Positions 25,804 through 38,964 of a stretch of DNA of 64,000 bases are shown here, one piece after another. The notes beneath the pieces are model-generated. The model saw only the letters and a list, made by a program, of their open reading frames with translations, was not told the origin of the DNA and did no database searches. Source of the stretch: Camelus dromedarius. Its lineage: Eukaryota. Made by a program: the position numbers and the translations under genes. Location: NCBI RefSeq assembly GCF_036321535.1, contig NC_087436.1, forward strand, positions 71,426,001 through 71,490,000, written 5' to 3'. Positions within the stretch are counted from its first letter, which is position 1. The number at the start of each line of letters is the position of its first letter.

Positions 25804-26012
25804 GTTTTGGTTTGGGAGTTTTATTTGCCTCTAGTAGCCATCTCAGCAGTCCACCACAGACGAGACAGAAACATGAACACTCTTCTGTCACTCCGCTGAT
25901 GTTGGCTCTCAGGACCTCCTGAAACCAGCTCCACAGGAAAGCCTAATATTTGAACTTTTCACTCTTGGTTCATTTTATTAGACAGCAGTGAGAGTTAGCC
26001 TCGTATTAAACG
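25804..26012 (-). pseudogene. Candidate fossil exon (3' end uncertain)
   Basis: Very strong acceptor tgttttacattttctcttcag|c. RLIRG*LSLLSNKMNQE*KVQILGFPVELVSGGPESQHQRSDRRVFMFLSRLWWTAEM. Confidence 0.5.
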
Positions 26013-26948
26013 CTGAAGAGAAAATGTAAAACACACTAATTAATTAGCCTTTGTATGTCTCCTTTCTTTGGATAGATTACTAAAGAAGTTATTTTCTCTT
26101 AATTCACTTGTCTGATACTGAAACATGCTTGAAAATATAGGCGATAAGGAGAAGAAAAATAAAAAAAGATGAGTTACAGGCAGACCACCCAAGAAAAATG
26201 TTTTTATATGCTATTAAATACTTTCCAGTCTTTTAAACTCATTTTTACTTCTGACCTGAACAGACTAGGACTGAATTTCTCAAATATTAAAAAAAGAGGA
26301 AAATAACATAGTCTGTGACCAGATTCTTTATAGAACTTGTAGAGGAATCTATAATGTGTTATATAACATTTTAGTTATATCCTAAAAAGTTCCTGCATAA
26401 ATAAGTATCCTTAAAAATAAAAATGTATCTTAAGATGGAAAACTGTAATTGAATCCCCATTCTTTTCTTTGTTGATGCTATATAGTCAAAGTGTTATCCA
26501 AATGCCAGAGAACCTCAACACAGAGCAGCCCTAGCTGGGAACTTTTCAACCCAAAAATCAAAAGGGAGAAATTTTGCTAGAAGAGTCAGAAATGACTTTA
26601 TTGAAATACTATGTTTACTTTTTGTATCTTTTATCTCAATATTATAGAATTATACATGTATATACACACATAAATAATAATCTCTAGGAGTTTATTCTTA
26701 TGAAACAAATACTTTGCTTATTATATTAATACAGCAAAGCCAAAAGTTCTACATGGCCTATGTTTAAAAATAACCCCCAAACTAAGATCATTGACTATAA
26801 GGTTCCAAACTGACCAATGTCAAAATAAGCTGATCTTTGATTTCTTCTATAGAGACAATCTAAACACATCCTCTCTCCAGACAGAGAAAATGCTGTGTTG
26901 TTATAACGGATGATGATTCATTTAGAATCGAGCAGTCAAAAAAAATAC

Positions 26949-27115
26949 CTGACATTTCAACCACATACTACTATTTTCAAATGAAGGACAAAGTTATCAA
27001 AATAAGTATTTGGGAGGCAATCTGGCTTTATGGTGTGTGTGTTCTAATCCTGAGGAGGGTACTGGCTCGCTGCAAGACTGCCAGCAAATCACGGCGCTAC
27101 TTCGAGTTGGCTTGC
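26949..27115 (-). pseudogene. Candidate fossil exon
   Basis: Acceptor tctctgtattatag|g, donor CAG|gtattt; several retained CpGs. Confidence 0.45.
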
Positions 27116-27528
27116 CTATAATACAGAGACTCAAGCTACCTCCTATCCCAGGAATACTGGGATCGCCTAAAGGAACGCATACTAGGTGGTTTTAAAATCT
27201 CAGAAGCCATATAAAGGACCAAAAGGAGAAAATTACTATGATGTGAACATTTAAAAAATAAGAGTGTTTCCCTTACAGGTTGCTACTTGTGATGTATAGT
27301 CACTGGAGTGGATGGGCTTTAGGAGGCCCTCGGCCTCTGTGACCCCACACAACTAGGCAGGTTACAAAGCTGCAAAGCAGCCCCACCAGGTGTGTCCCAG
27401 AAGAAGTGCAGCTGATCCCTCAAAAAGAGCACTCAGCTTTGCTCTTCTCTACCCACTTCACCACAAACTCACTTATTCAGGAAACATTTACTGATCACCT
27501 ACCTACACGTGATACTCTTTGCTCTATG

Positions 27529-27742
27529 CCAGGGTTTCAGCACCACTGACATTCTGGGCTGGATAATTTTGTAGGGCGGGGGGCAGTCCTGTGCATTGCA
27601 GGATGTCAAACAGCATCCCTGCCTTCTACCCTCTTGACACCAGTAGCACCCATCCCTGTCCCAGTTGTGATGAGCAAAAATGTTTCCAGATGTTGCCAAA
27701 TGTCCCTTTGGGGGCAAAATCACTTCCAGTTAGGAACCACTG
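27529..27742 (+). mobile_element. MER20 (hAT-Charlie MITE)
   Basis: cactgacattctgggctggataattttgt...cagttgtga...aaaaatgtttccagatgttgccaaatgtccc...aaccactg. Confidence 0.85.
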
Positions 27743-28656
27743 TTTTATGCCAAGACAGAGATTCTCAAACTTTAGTGAACACATCACTTAAGATGCTGGT
27801 TTAAAATTAAAGTTCTACCTCCCTAAGATTATTTTCGGCAATGCTGAGTTGGGTACCCGTAATCAAGACTTTCCATGGACTCACCTAATGATTGCGGTGC
27901 AAGAGGTATATGGAGAAAACCTTGACAGACACTACCCGGGAAAGAAAAAGACTTTAAGGAAGTGTGGTTTCTACTCTGAAGGAGTTTACCTTACAGTAAG
28001 GACCCCAGACCCATGGCTTGTGAGCGTTACACTGTAACATAAGGCAAAAAGTAGGTTCTATGTGAAAAATATAAATACCTACTACAGAGGTTAAGAGAAC
28101 AAAAGAGCAGTTTTCTCAGAATGGGGAAAGTTAGAAAATTCTTCAAGTATATACCAGTTTGTGAGTTTTGAAAGATGAATGGATTTTCCCAGACGGTTTT
28201 GAGAGTAAAAGGGATTCTAAACAGACAGAATGGCTTAAGCCAAAGCAGGGAGGCTGGAAAATCTGTAACTAGAATCTAAGATCTATGCCCTTAAAATATA
28301 TCTTGAGACAAATATGAACGATATCTAGTACTGTGCCTGGCACACGGCAAGCAGTGACTAAGCGGTGGCTCCTTCATGATTATAATTATTCCAATCACCT
28401 CTTCCCTAAAGGTGCTACAAAAACTCCCTTCCCAGAGAAGTTATCTAGGATATCTGTTTTGATTAGGAATCTGGCCATTCTTCTCTGTCTCATTTTGGTG
28501 GAAGAAACAAAGTTTTTGTTTTTTGTTTTTCGTTTGTTTTTTTTTAATGGTTCAGTTTTATGACATTTAGCAGAGGACTGGAATCAAGACGATGTAATGA
28601 AAGGACAGAATAGGAAGTAAATCAATTCTTAAAATCTGAGAATGGCCTGGACTTAC

Positions 28657-28952
28657 CTCCTTCTCTGTCTTACTAATTTATCTTAGGGAAGGTAGTTTCA
28701 CTAAAGTATTTAATAAGCAATCTCATCCTTTGTGAGGTGATGGCCCAGATGAGATAAATTGTAGATTTTATCCTCAGCCCCAGTTCTGTTTTTCCAGGAT
28801 GAGAACTCACTGCCAACTGCAGGGTCTCTGATGAGCCTCGGGTCTAGAACTGATCTTGGCTCAAGCCACAGCTCCCCTGGCCATTGGGACTCAATGACTC
28901 CTGTCTATACTGAACTAGGTGACTAAGCACCCTTACTTTTCCCTTGAAATGT
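28657..28952 (-). pseudogene. Candidate fossil exon
   Basis: Acceptor ttccttcatctctccaaactcattctag|a, consensus donor GAG|gtaagt. GVIESQWPGELWLEPRSVLDPRLIRDPAVGSEFSSWKNRTGAEDKIYNLSHLGHHLTKDEIAY. Confidence 0.6.
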
Positions 28953-29243
28953 CTAGAATGAGTTTGGAGAGATGAAGGAAAATTTTGTCAAGCAAACTTG
29001 CTGCACTTATTTCTGTCCACCGCATGCCACCCCCTGCTCCCCGCCCTGCCATGGTAATTCTAAGACCTTAGAGTCAGCCCTGTATTCACTCATAACCCAT
29101 TTCTCTTTTACAAATTATTGGTTCAAAACCATGCTGACCTCCTTGAAGGCTAATAACCTCCATGCCTAGTATGGTGCCTGTTGTATAAGGGTGTGGGATA
29201 AAAGCTATTTTTGAGTGGATTATTTAATAAACGGATTATTCAC

Positions 29244-29588
29244 CAGTCTTTGCCACCACTGGTTCCAGAGCATTCGACTTCCAAGGTGCTGTTTTAAATT
29301 AGGCTATTCATGTGGCCTTGCTGGTAGAGGTAATCTTCATCTGAAACGACTCAGAGTTGCGTAGAGTCTTTTAACCAGAGTAGAACAGTTTTTCCTTTTT
29401 CCGCTCACTCCCCCACTTTGGACGCCCACTAGTGCCCTGCTTCCTGTCTGAGAGCCTTCAGCCCGGAGCCCATCCACAGAGATGACTGATGTCCTAGGAG
29501 CTTTTGGTCACCACCCCTAACCACTTTCCGAATGTCTCTGTTATGGAAGGACCGTGTAGACAGTCCCAAGGGAAGGGTGGAGCTCCCA
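29244..29588 (-). pseudogene. Candidate fossil exon
   Basis: CpG-retaining unique block; donor CTG|gtgaat, weak acceptor; 345 bp (115 codons). Confidence 0.35.
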
Positions 29589-30284
29589 CTAAGTTTCTTT
29601 AATAACATTCATATAAAACATAATACATTAAACTTTGATATTATGTAATCATAACTCTCATCAGAAGGCTGTTTGTTCCCAAACTGACAATATTTACTGC
29701 CTGAAACCCTCCTGCTGGAAGAATATCCATTTTCCTCTTATTTCACTGAAAATTTATACCAGCTGGACAGTCTTGATTCCTATAAAATTCTACAGTATGG
29801 CTTTAGAGAAATAATTCTAAATTCACTAGTTTTTTTCCTAAACTTTATTATCTTTACAATTTATTTCAGGTGTTAGACTTCAAGCTAAACAAAAATTCCA
29901 ATGAAAGCCAAATTATGGCTCAAGTTAGAGGAACAATAGTCAATTCTTATTGTTGAAAATAATAGTTATTGGTTATAAATAATAATGCAATATATGTTCA
30001 GGCTAGAAAATATAAATCATAATGCTTAACTGACTTGCTTGTATTAATGTTTCTTACCATTATTCTATGTCTTTTTTCCATCCCAATCACAGAATATATT
30101 TGTTTCCTGTAAAGTCATTTCCAATTTTTCTTTATATGAGTATAACTGTTTTTTTCATTCTGGTACCAATCATCTCACATTTTAGCTGGGTAAAATATTA
30201 ATCATATTTTACCATAAAATGTGTATTTGCATTAATAAACAAAAGATGGAGAGTCGATGCCTCTCTAGACTACAGCAGTGTTTT

Positions 30285-30468
30285 CGTGTGTTTGGGCTGC
30301 TATAACAAAATCCAAAAGACTGGGTGACTTATAAGCAACAGAAATTTATTTCCCACAGTTCTGGGCCTTGTTCATTCCCAACAGCTCCGCCTCCTGATAC
30401 TATCACTTTTAGGGGTTAGAATTTCAACGTCGGAATTTTGAGGGAACACAAACATTCAGACCATAGCA
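30285..30468 (-). mobile_element. Internally deleted MLT1A/MST-type LTR
   Basis: gggctgctataacaaaat...aacagaaatttatttcccacagttctgg joined to gaattttgagggaacacaaacattcagaccatagca. Confidence 0.75.
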
Positions 30469-30476
30469 AGGAGTAA

Positions 30477-30710
30477 TTAAGAATATGGTTTTCAAAGTTG
30501 AACGGCATGAGCTTAAACGTCATTTACCAGCTGTGTGACTTTGCACAGGTTTCTTAACCCCAGTAAGTCTCAGTATCCTTCTCTATACAATAAGAATAAT
30601 ATTAGTACCTACTTCACAAGGTTGCTGAAGAAATTAAATAAAATTACATATCAAATGTTCATAAGAGCAGGCCTGGGACAAAATAAACAGTAACTTTATT
30701 GTTAACTATT
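30477..30710 (+). mobile_element. MIR (example; further MIR/L2 pieces near 510-700, 1640-1800, 3070-3200, 4950-5050, 7090-7230, 24340-24550, 36350-36520, 38760-38880, 62550-62720)
   Basis: catttaccagctgtgtgactttgcacaggtttcttaacc...aataatattagtacctacttcacaaggttgctg, the MIR core. Confidence 0.75.
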
Positions 30711-31691
30711 ACTATTTATCTTACTTTTTACAATCATTTCTTTGGTGTGGGGTAAGTTAGCCAAACTTTTTTTTTTTTTTTTACCATTTATTTGTATTGT
30801 CTGTGAGAAAATAATCCAATGCTCTTCTATTCAATTCTTTTTTAAAGCATTATTTTGAAGTCACTCTATAAAGCTGCTGAACACTGGAGGTAACAAAAGT
30901 GGAACCACAAATGATCCTTGACTTAATAGCACATAAAATTGCTTTAGGGGACAAGACTCAGATGTAATATGGTTTAATAACCAAGTAAGACAGTCCATAA
31001 TTTAGTGCTAGAGTTAGAAGTTCAGACATAAATTTGGAAAGGCATTCTGAAAACTTAGAAACCAATAAGAACTGGAGTAACCGTGGAAAAGTTGAGATTT
31101 AAGCTGACAAAGAGGAACGTTAGAGGAAAGAGCGTATTAACCAAAAGATAAGATGGGAGGGAAAACAGCCCAGAAAAATGTGAAAATCGCGGCGCAGTGC
31201 AGGGGTGTGTTGGGAGACACTGGGACGGAAGAGTATCAGCCACTTGCTGCACTTTCACCAGCAGTACGCTGAACGCCCAGCTGTACAGCAGGCAACGAGG
31301 AAGCGTCAGGTGGTATGAACAGACGAGTAATAGAGCAAGAGTAGTATTTTTAAAATGCTAGTTTGGAGTGGTTGCATGTGGGATAGAGTTAAAAACAGTG
31401 TGCAGGTTGGAGAGGAGAAAGAAGAGACTGGAGGCAGGAAAATCAGTTAGGAAACTATGACACTAACCCAGGAAGAAGGTGATGAATTCCTGGAGTAAAC
31501 TGGCAACAGGAAAGAGCAGACAGTTGTAGTTTTATCAAAGATGAATTGATAGGGCTGTGAAAATTCAGTGGATACATGGGGTGAAGTAAAAGAATGAGAA
31601 ACTGGCTCCAATTCTAACCGTAAAATCCAAGGACACATGTGTCCTCCTGCAGTCATCTCAATCCTTTCCATCTACCTTGTACAAAACTTAC

Positions 31692-31904
31692 ACAATCACA
31701 CTTGATCTATGCTGGTTTTTAGATTCCCAGGGATCCAGATCCTAAAACTTAAATGTAGCAACACTGGCAACATAAATTTTAAAAGGCAAAGCTTAAAATC
31801 TGCATAATCAGAATATTTTACAGATAATAGTCTATCTACTTCAGATTTTTCACCACATGCCTCTGTTTATTCATGGTGCCATTAAAAATGTTCAGTGTTC
31901 ATTC
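31692..31904 (-). pseudogene. Candidate fossil exon
   Basis: Acceptor ttggtttcag|g, donor TGT|gtaagt, 90-bp upstream intron. EACGEKSEVDRLLSVKYSDYADFKLCLLKFMLPVLLHLSFRIWIPGNLK. Confidence 0.45.
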
Positions 31905-31994
31905 CTGAAACCAACCCTGGACTTCTGGATCCAACAGTAGAGTCAATTATATGATTGCTTAAACATCAAAGCTTTTCCTCACTAATGTCCTTAC

Positions 31995-32470
31995 CAGGGG
32001 ACATAAATGGGCAGGTCTTTTCTCTCTGGTTGAGGCAAACGCCTATGTAGTTCAAACCAGCATACTGTACATTCCTGTGTGATTTTATGTGTTTGATTGT
32101 TGGCAGATGGAATATCTGCTTTTCCCATTGCTATCAATTGAATGTGTGCAGCGCACACCCGGCTCAAAGCAGACCTGTTTTGTCGGGCAGAAGTCAGGGC
32201 TCACTGCCCTGGGACAGCCCATTTCTTGGAAATGCTCATAGGATCTTCAGTTTCCCTTTCTGAGGTGTACAAGGAAAATATTACCCTGGGGAAATATCAA
32301 AGGATTTCCTGACGTCAGCCAAAAAACCAGGTGCACATATATTTGATTTGATAAAAATGGGGGATACAAGTTCAGTGGCCACAGTCCAAGTGTATCATTC
32401 CCCCTGTTCAGTAATTTCAATGGTCCACTCAGAAAGCATCCACCCTCAGTGATCACTGTCTTCATAATAA
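31995..32470 (-). pseudogene. Candidate fossil exon (5' end obscured by L2/MIR)
   Basis: Donor CTG|gtaagg; contains track ORF 32247-32465. One terminal frame reads CWFELHRRLPQPERKDLPIYVP. Confidence 0.45.
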
Positions 32471-33681
32471 TTTGAATGCCTTAGTCTGGAATTCAGTTTC
32501 CTTCATAATCTGGCCCCAGCTGACCTTTCTGACCATATTGTGCACTACACCCACTCAGGATCCTGCCAAACTAAGCCACTTGCTGTTCCGTGGTTCTCAA
32601 CACAAGCTCTGGCCTTGCTTATGTGCTTTCTTCAACTTAAAATTTTCTTCCCCCACCATCCAAATGTCCAAATCCTTGGCATCCTAAAAGTCTCATTCAT
32701 TCACCAATCAGTGAAAACTTTTCCCCTCCCCCCAGGCAGAAATCAGCTTTTACTCCTTTACCCTCCTATTGCAAGTCACTTGTATTTGTCTGTTGGTACT
32801 TCCAGTTTCTACCTTGGATCATGCTCAATTATTATGTGGACTATAAACTTCTTGGATAGTTTATGACTGATTCATCTTTGAGTCTCTTTGGGTCTTGCTT
32901 CTATGACATGATGGAAAGAATAGTCTGAAGTGATAATATTTAGATTCAAGTTTGCCTCTTTCTAGCTGTGTCACCATGATCAAGACCCTTAATTTCCCTG
33001 ATAATTAGTTCTTAAATTTCAATATATTTTTTAAAGATTAGATGTGATAATGGCATAAAAGCCATTACTTAAACTCTAAAAGATTAGATAGTTTAGTATA
33101 TTTTAGGATAGCAAGTTAATATTAGTGTATCATAGGTAACAAAATTGATGGTGAAAAGATAAATATATTTCTTGACATTACTGAAAAGATTATTCTTCTG
33201 TGTAACCTCATAACTGACCCATTTGTTTCACAATTGGGACACACTTGAATAAAACTTGCTTATGAGAAAAGGACAAATTAAAACATGATTCTGTTACTAA
33301 AATTGCTGTGCACCCCCTCTCCTGTCTCCTAATCATTGGTCTAGCATCCTGGCATTTTTATACTTCAGCCAGGCTGTGTTAAAGTGATTCACAAAAACTG
33401 CCAATCAGGTGAAATTGAGGTAGTTCAGTCATTGAAACCAAAAATACCACTATTTATTCATTCATTCCACAAGAGTTTACTGAGTGTTCTTAAGGGCCAG
33501 GCACTCTTCTAGGTTCTACGAATAGAAAGGTGAGTAAGAAAAAATTCCTTCTTCCACTTGAGATGTTTCTAAACTGGTAGAGGAGAAAGTTGGCTTCACA
33601 CATAATTTTACTGCAGTACAACATACTATGTTAGGTTTCAGAGTGAGGTAGAAATGGAGAGTGGTCAAGAAAGATCTTAAC

Positions 33682-34260
33682 TCACTATTTACAATAGCCA
33701 AGACATGGAAGCAACCTAAATGTCCAATGATAGATGACTGGATAAAGAAGTTGTATTGTGTGTGTGTATGTGTGTATCCATACACACACACACAATGAAA
33801 TACTAATCATCCATAAAAAAGAATAAAATAATGCCATTTGCAGCAACATGGATGGACCTGGAGATCATCATACTAAGTGAAGTAAGCCAGAAAGAGAAAG
33901 AAAAATACCATATGATATCACTTATATGTGGATTGTAAAAAACAAAAAAGGACACAAATAACCTTATTTACAAAACAGAGACAGACTCACAGACATAGAA
34001 AACAAATTTATGGTTACCAGGAGATAAAGAGGGTGGGGAAGGATAAATTGGGAGTTTGGGATTTGTAGGTACTAGCCACTATATATAAAATAGATAAACA
34101 ACAAGGTCCTACTGTATAACACAGAGAACTATATTCCATACTTGTAATAACCTATAATGAAAAAGAATATGAAAAGGAATATACATGTATAAATGAATCA
34201 CTATGCTGTACACCAGAAATTAACACATTATAAATCGACTATACTTCAATTTAAAAAAAA
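33682..34260 (+). mobile_element. 5'-truncated L1 (3' end)
   Basis: cactatttacaatagccaagacatggaagcaacctaaatgtcca...gactatacttcaatttaaaaaaaa; same family as 20172-21296. Confidence 0.95.
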
Positions 34261-34269
34261 TTAGCTTAC

Positions 34270-34888
34270 CTGATGAAATAAATTCTATGGTTTACTACAT
34301 CCATTCATCATCAAGTAAACTTTATTTCCCACTTCAATGTGCTTTCAAAGTGTGTTTGAGTCCACCACTAAAAATGTGGATGGTGAGGATGAGATTTATG
34401 CCTGTTTCCCACACTCCATGGTGAACTTGAACCAAGAGAGATTTGCTTGAAACTCAAGAATTACACTAAGTTTGTCTCTCATTATTCCTAACAAAAGGCC
34501 AAAGTTGGAAAGTATTGAAAAGGAGAGAAACCTCTTAGGGTTCCATTGGCTAAGAGTGACAAGAGACAGTTGAAATAGAGTAGAGACTGACATGTTGGTT
34601 ACTATTGGGAAGAGAGAAATCCACTCGGCCATGTTGGGGCACGATGTGTGTGTGTGTGTGTGTGTGTGTTGTGGGAAGGATGATTGAACACACATAAGTT
34701 TGGTGACACAAGGCCTGAGGCAGACTCTGCCCTTCCTTTCTGGGAGGGCCCTAGAAAAGGGAGCAAACCCGTTGGGTACTTGCAATGTGGTACCCATGGT
34801 CGAGTGGCACAGTAGGGAGGCTGACAGGGCATGTTCAGTCTCTGGGGCCTCAGAAAGGACTAGGGAAACATTCAAAACGTCACTATAT
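34270..34888 (-). pseudogene. Candidate fossil exon (contains most of the longest ORF in the window)
   Basis: Acceptor ctcttcctcttctctag|a, donor CAG|gtaagc. 206 codons in one frame with only 3 stops; first about 163 codons open (track ORF 34396-34944). Contains a (CA)n expansion. Confidence 0.6.
34645..34669. repeat. (TG)n microsatellite
   Basis: About 12 TG units, seen directly. Confidence 0.95.
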
Positions 34889-35363
34889 CTAGAGAAGAGG
34901 AAGAGCGTCTTTATAAAGTAACTATAACAATATGTTAAATACAAATATTAGTAATAACTCATCCCATCATTTTGTTGACAATAAATAACAACTGCTGAAT
35001 GTCATTTTAATCACTCTTAACTTGTATAAGCCAAGCATAATTTCCAGACCTGATTTTCTATAATATCTATATGACCTGAATTTGAGAAAAATCCAGAAGT
35101 TGTAAATTTTTTTTAAAATGCAGGAAACCAGCATTTTGTTTTAATTTTATCGAGATTCATATATGTTCAAATAATGCATAAAACTAGGCTACCTTATTTA
35201 CATATTCTTGCTCACTTATTCGGCATTTTACTGAGACATCCTCTTAGTTTCTAAATTTACTTAGATTTGTGACACACATCATCTCTGAAGATACTTCTTC
35301 TTATTGGAATCAGTTTAGTAGTTTAGGAATCATTTATGGTGATTGAGTTTCAGAGTCACATAC

Positions 35364-35736
35364 CTGGGAATTCCTCTGCTTGGGGCATGTTTAGAAGATG
35401 ATGAATGAGGGTGACCACAAAATGCCAGGGGATGACTCCCACAGTGGTTCAATTTAGGTTACATTTGAAAAATTCTTGCTTCAGCTCAAATTATGATCCC
35501 TTTTGTGGCCCAACATTTTGTGGTCAGTGTTCCAAATTTCTAAAATCTTATCTAATTTTCTGCTGCTGAGTTATTTACCAGTATGGTAGAGATATTTAAT
35601 TAGATAAAAATACATCTTTTGTCAATGCTATGAGAGCCTATCTGAAGTAATGTATCTATTAAAAATAATTTTTGTTCTTTTTCAAAAGTATCTCTTTCTA
35701 CCTCTTCAGTTACTAGAGAAATATTTCCCAGGTTTC
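35364..35736 (-). pseudogene. Candidate fossil exon
   Basis: Acceptor ataatttag|g, donor CAG|gtatgt. NLGNISLVTEEVERDTFEKEQKLFLIDTLLQIG; another frame YFYLIKYLYHTGK*LSSRKLDKILEIWNTDH. Confidence 0.5.
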
Positions 35737-36661
35737 CTAAATTATCAACATTTAACTCTGTTAGTTAAATTGAAATATACTGACATTATTTCTAATTTTA
35801 TATGGATTTGTAATTGTAGAGGTAATATAAACATATATATGGTATATATACACATATATAGTACATATATATATACACTGAAATATATACACACATATAT
35901 AATTGTACAGATAATACAACTCACATCCAATATTATTTTTATAGCACATAAGAAAATTGTTTAGCATGTGCAACAATAACTTTAAAAATCTTCATACCCC
36001 TTTTGACCCATTCATTATCTGTGTGGATCTGTTCTAAGGAAACTCTTAAAAATACACAAGAAAATTAGCCACTAAAATATTTATTGCATTGTTATTTGTG
36101 CTAGAGAGAAATTCAGAAAAGAAATTTAGATACAAAATTACACATGCACAGAAACTGGAAATAAAATAGAGCTCTCCAATTATCTGTTCTTTAGACATTT
36201 TACTCACCACTTAAGTCTATCTACATTACAGGGAGAAAAATTTAAAAAGCCCTAAACATGTACAGGAATATTTCTTTGAACACAAATATCTACTTACTTT
36301 AAAGGCTACAAATTTCAACCAAACAAGAATTAACTCTCTTTAGTTACAAAACAGCACTTGACATAATCACTATGTATTTCTGAGTAACTTGTTTAACTTC
36401 CCTGAGTCAATTTCGTTTATAGAATAGTGATGATAATGCCACCATCCTCGTGAGATTTTTGTGAGAACTAAAATTAGTGTATGTGTTTAGTGCCGAGTCA
36501 CAACTGCAGAGTAATAAACGCACTCATGTAGGCAGACACAGCTCTTCAAATCAATAGGAATCAGAAACTGGAAGTGAAGAAAAAATTCACAACAAGCTTG
36601 TAATTCACAAACAATTTTTTTAAAAAAAGGTTAGTTTTAAAGAATAAAAATTACATCTTAC

Positions 36662-37724
36662 ACAGTCCAAACCATCCCTTATATCATCATCATGAAACTC
36701 CTTCACAATCCCTACATGTGCAATTTGAAACCCAACCTGAAGCTTCAGGCGTTTCTTGGGGACCTTGCCTCGGTTATCACCCACCTCTTTCCATTGTTAA
36801 TAGTTTTCCCAGGCTAAAAACTAGCCTAAGGTGACATCAAAGAAACCAGAAGGTGATAACTAGATTCATTCTCAGATCCTACTGCCCGTACATGATCCTC
36901 CCAGTTTTCAAGCCAAAAAGCTAGGGGGTTATGTAGCTGAGCTGTTCTAGCCTGTCCAGCGTAATCCCATCAGAAGTTCGGCGGGTCAGGCCAGATTCTC
37001 CACTGCCCCTCCCAGCTGGCAGCGTGGAAAAGCCTATGCCTCTGTGGTTTAGCTACCAGTTGTTTTGAGTAACGACTTTTATGATGCCACAGGCTGCTGA
37101 GCCAAAATAATATGGGATTGTAAAAGAGGAATGCCTCCACTGAAAACTGTCTCCAGACTTAGGGCATTGGAGACCAGCAGACGGGAAACACGGACATTTA
37201 CTTTTTTTTCCCACTAACATCAAGGTTTGTAGTGGAGGCCAATCAGGAAAGCTGACATCCTTCACGTCCTCGTTAAGTGGATAATCTCAAAGCAGAACAT
37301 GTACTCCTGGGAATTTCTAGAGTTTATAACATCTGACCCTGATGTTGGACATACCTTGGCTGCCATCGTTAGAATTTAAACTAGCTCTGTCCTCGTGGGG
37401 TGTTTGCTTGCCTCGTGACACAGGCTAAAGTGACAGGTTCGATTGAAGAGATGAAGAAAATAAGAGTTCAGGTTTGATGTCTCTTTTGTGACATCTCTAT
37501 GCTGGCATCTAGGTTTTTTTCATTGTGAAAGGGTACAAACTTGGCCTTGACTTTCACTCTGCACCCATGATGTTTCCTGAGAAGTGTGACCACTGTGATC
37601 CGCATCTGGAGTGCAATGTAGTGCCGTAGGACACAGCCTCACAGTTTATGATCACTCCCACGAGATCTTTGAGACAGGAATCTGCATGATAGCATCTTCA
37701 AACCTGGATGGACACTTGATTGAC
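36662..37724 (-). pseudogene. Large candidate fossil exon block (one or several exons)
   Basis: About 1 kb repeat-free, higher GC, ending at donor TGT|gtaaga. Protein-like frames LAFWLENWEDHVRAVGSENESSYHLLVSLMSP*ASF*PGKTINNG and LKLQVGFQIAHVGIVKEFHDDDIRDGLDC. 5' boundary weak. Confidence 0.55.
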
Positions 37725-38469
37725 CTAAGTAGAACTTCTTTTTTCCCCCCAGATGGTTTAAATATAACATGAGCCAGGTGATAAAGACAGGCAGCAGCCT
37801 CTATTTTTGGTATGAAAAAGTTAGGAGAAAGGGCTTAGTGATGCCCTTAGTACATAGTAGGCACTTTCAGAACATTGAACCTAGTGAAATGGATTCTCCC
37901 CACCAGTGAGAAAGGGAGACAGGCAAGCAAGTATGCATGAGAGTGCTGATCTGAGTTTAGATGAGATGGTGAGGGTGTGGGCCTAAGAGACCAGGGCCCA
38001 GGCAGAAGCAGGTGGAAACAGGTCGTGAGAGCTGGAGCAGGAGAGAGGAGAGAGGTCACTTAATAGAAACTCTGAAAATAAGGCCCATAATGTGAAATTT
38101 TAAATTTTGACAATTGAAACAATATGAATATTATATCTTTGTGTCTTAAATCAGTACTTGGAAGATAGGATGGGAAAAGAAATGTATCTGAGCATAGGTA
38201 GACATGAAGTTTATGACCACATCCTAAATTAAAGACTACTCTCGCACAATCTTGTAAAAAGTTATTGTGCAATATTTAAGATACACAAAGGTTTAAAGAA
38301 TAATGTATGCAGCTTAAAATAAAGCATTGTTATAAAAAAATACTCCATTTACTCCTCTCAGATTTTCACCCTTTCTCAACCTTTAATTAACCAATATCCT
38401 GAACTAGGTGTCTATTATTTCTGTGCAATTCTTTATTTATTACTATGTGGGCATTAAAGAACATGCAGT

Positions 38470-38721
38470 GTTATTTTATGTTTGACTCTTTCTTCACTGG
38501 ACGCCATACTTCAACATACCCACCCTACTTTGATGTTAACGAAGAAAAGCGGATGCTCTCATCTTCCCTCTACGCGTCCCCAAATGTCATTTGTATGGGG
38601 AGGATTTTCAGAGGAGGCATTCCCCAAGTAGCATTAGAATATTGAAGAACGGCTCCATTTTCTCAGCAGGACTAAACATCTCATACTCAGTTTCACATAA
38701 TTCTTCCAAAATTCCAGATGC
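38470..38721 (-). pseudogene. Candidate fossil exon (3' end uncertain)
   Basis: Acceptor aaccctag|g, phase 0 like the preceding donor. ASGILEELCETEYEMFSPAE, then after a frameshift GAVLQYSNATWGMPPLKILPIQMTFGDA*REDESIRFSSLTSK*GGYVEVWRPVKKE. Confidence 0.55.
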
Positions 38722-38964
38722 CTAGGGTTATGTTAATTTAAGGTATCCTAGTATAGATAAGTAATATGAAGTTCAGAATTGAAGTCCCAGCTCTGTTCGA
38801 CACAGACTGAGTCTGGCAAGTCATTTGTCTTCCTAGAACTCATTTTGGTAAGTTATAAAATGGAGGTGGTAAACTACGCATAAATTATCTCCATTGCCCT
38901 TTCCAACACTCATATTTCTCCTTTTATTTTTCTCTTTTCCCTCTGCATGGAGGAACAGACTCAC

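Noticed and set aside
36780..36860. ASF*PGKTI, resembling THEMIS SILQPGKTI; GREB1-like identity also considered
   Set aside because: Only a few residues match; no other exon resembles these proteins as I remember them.
37467..37490. HKRDIKPE, resembling a kinase catalytic loop
   Set aside because: The following Asn is missing, I found no DFG, APE or glycine loop at suitable spacing, and the surrounding frame has several stops.
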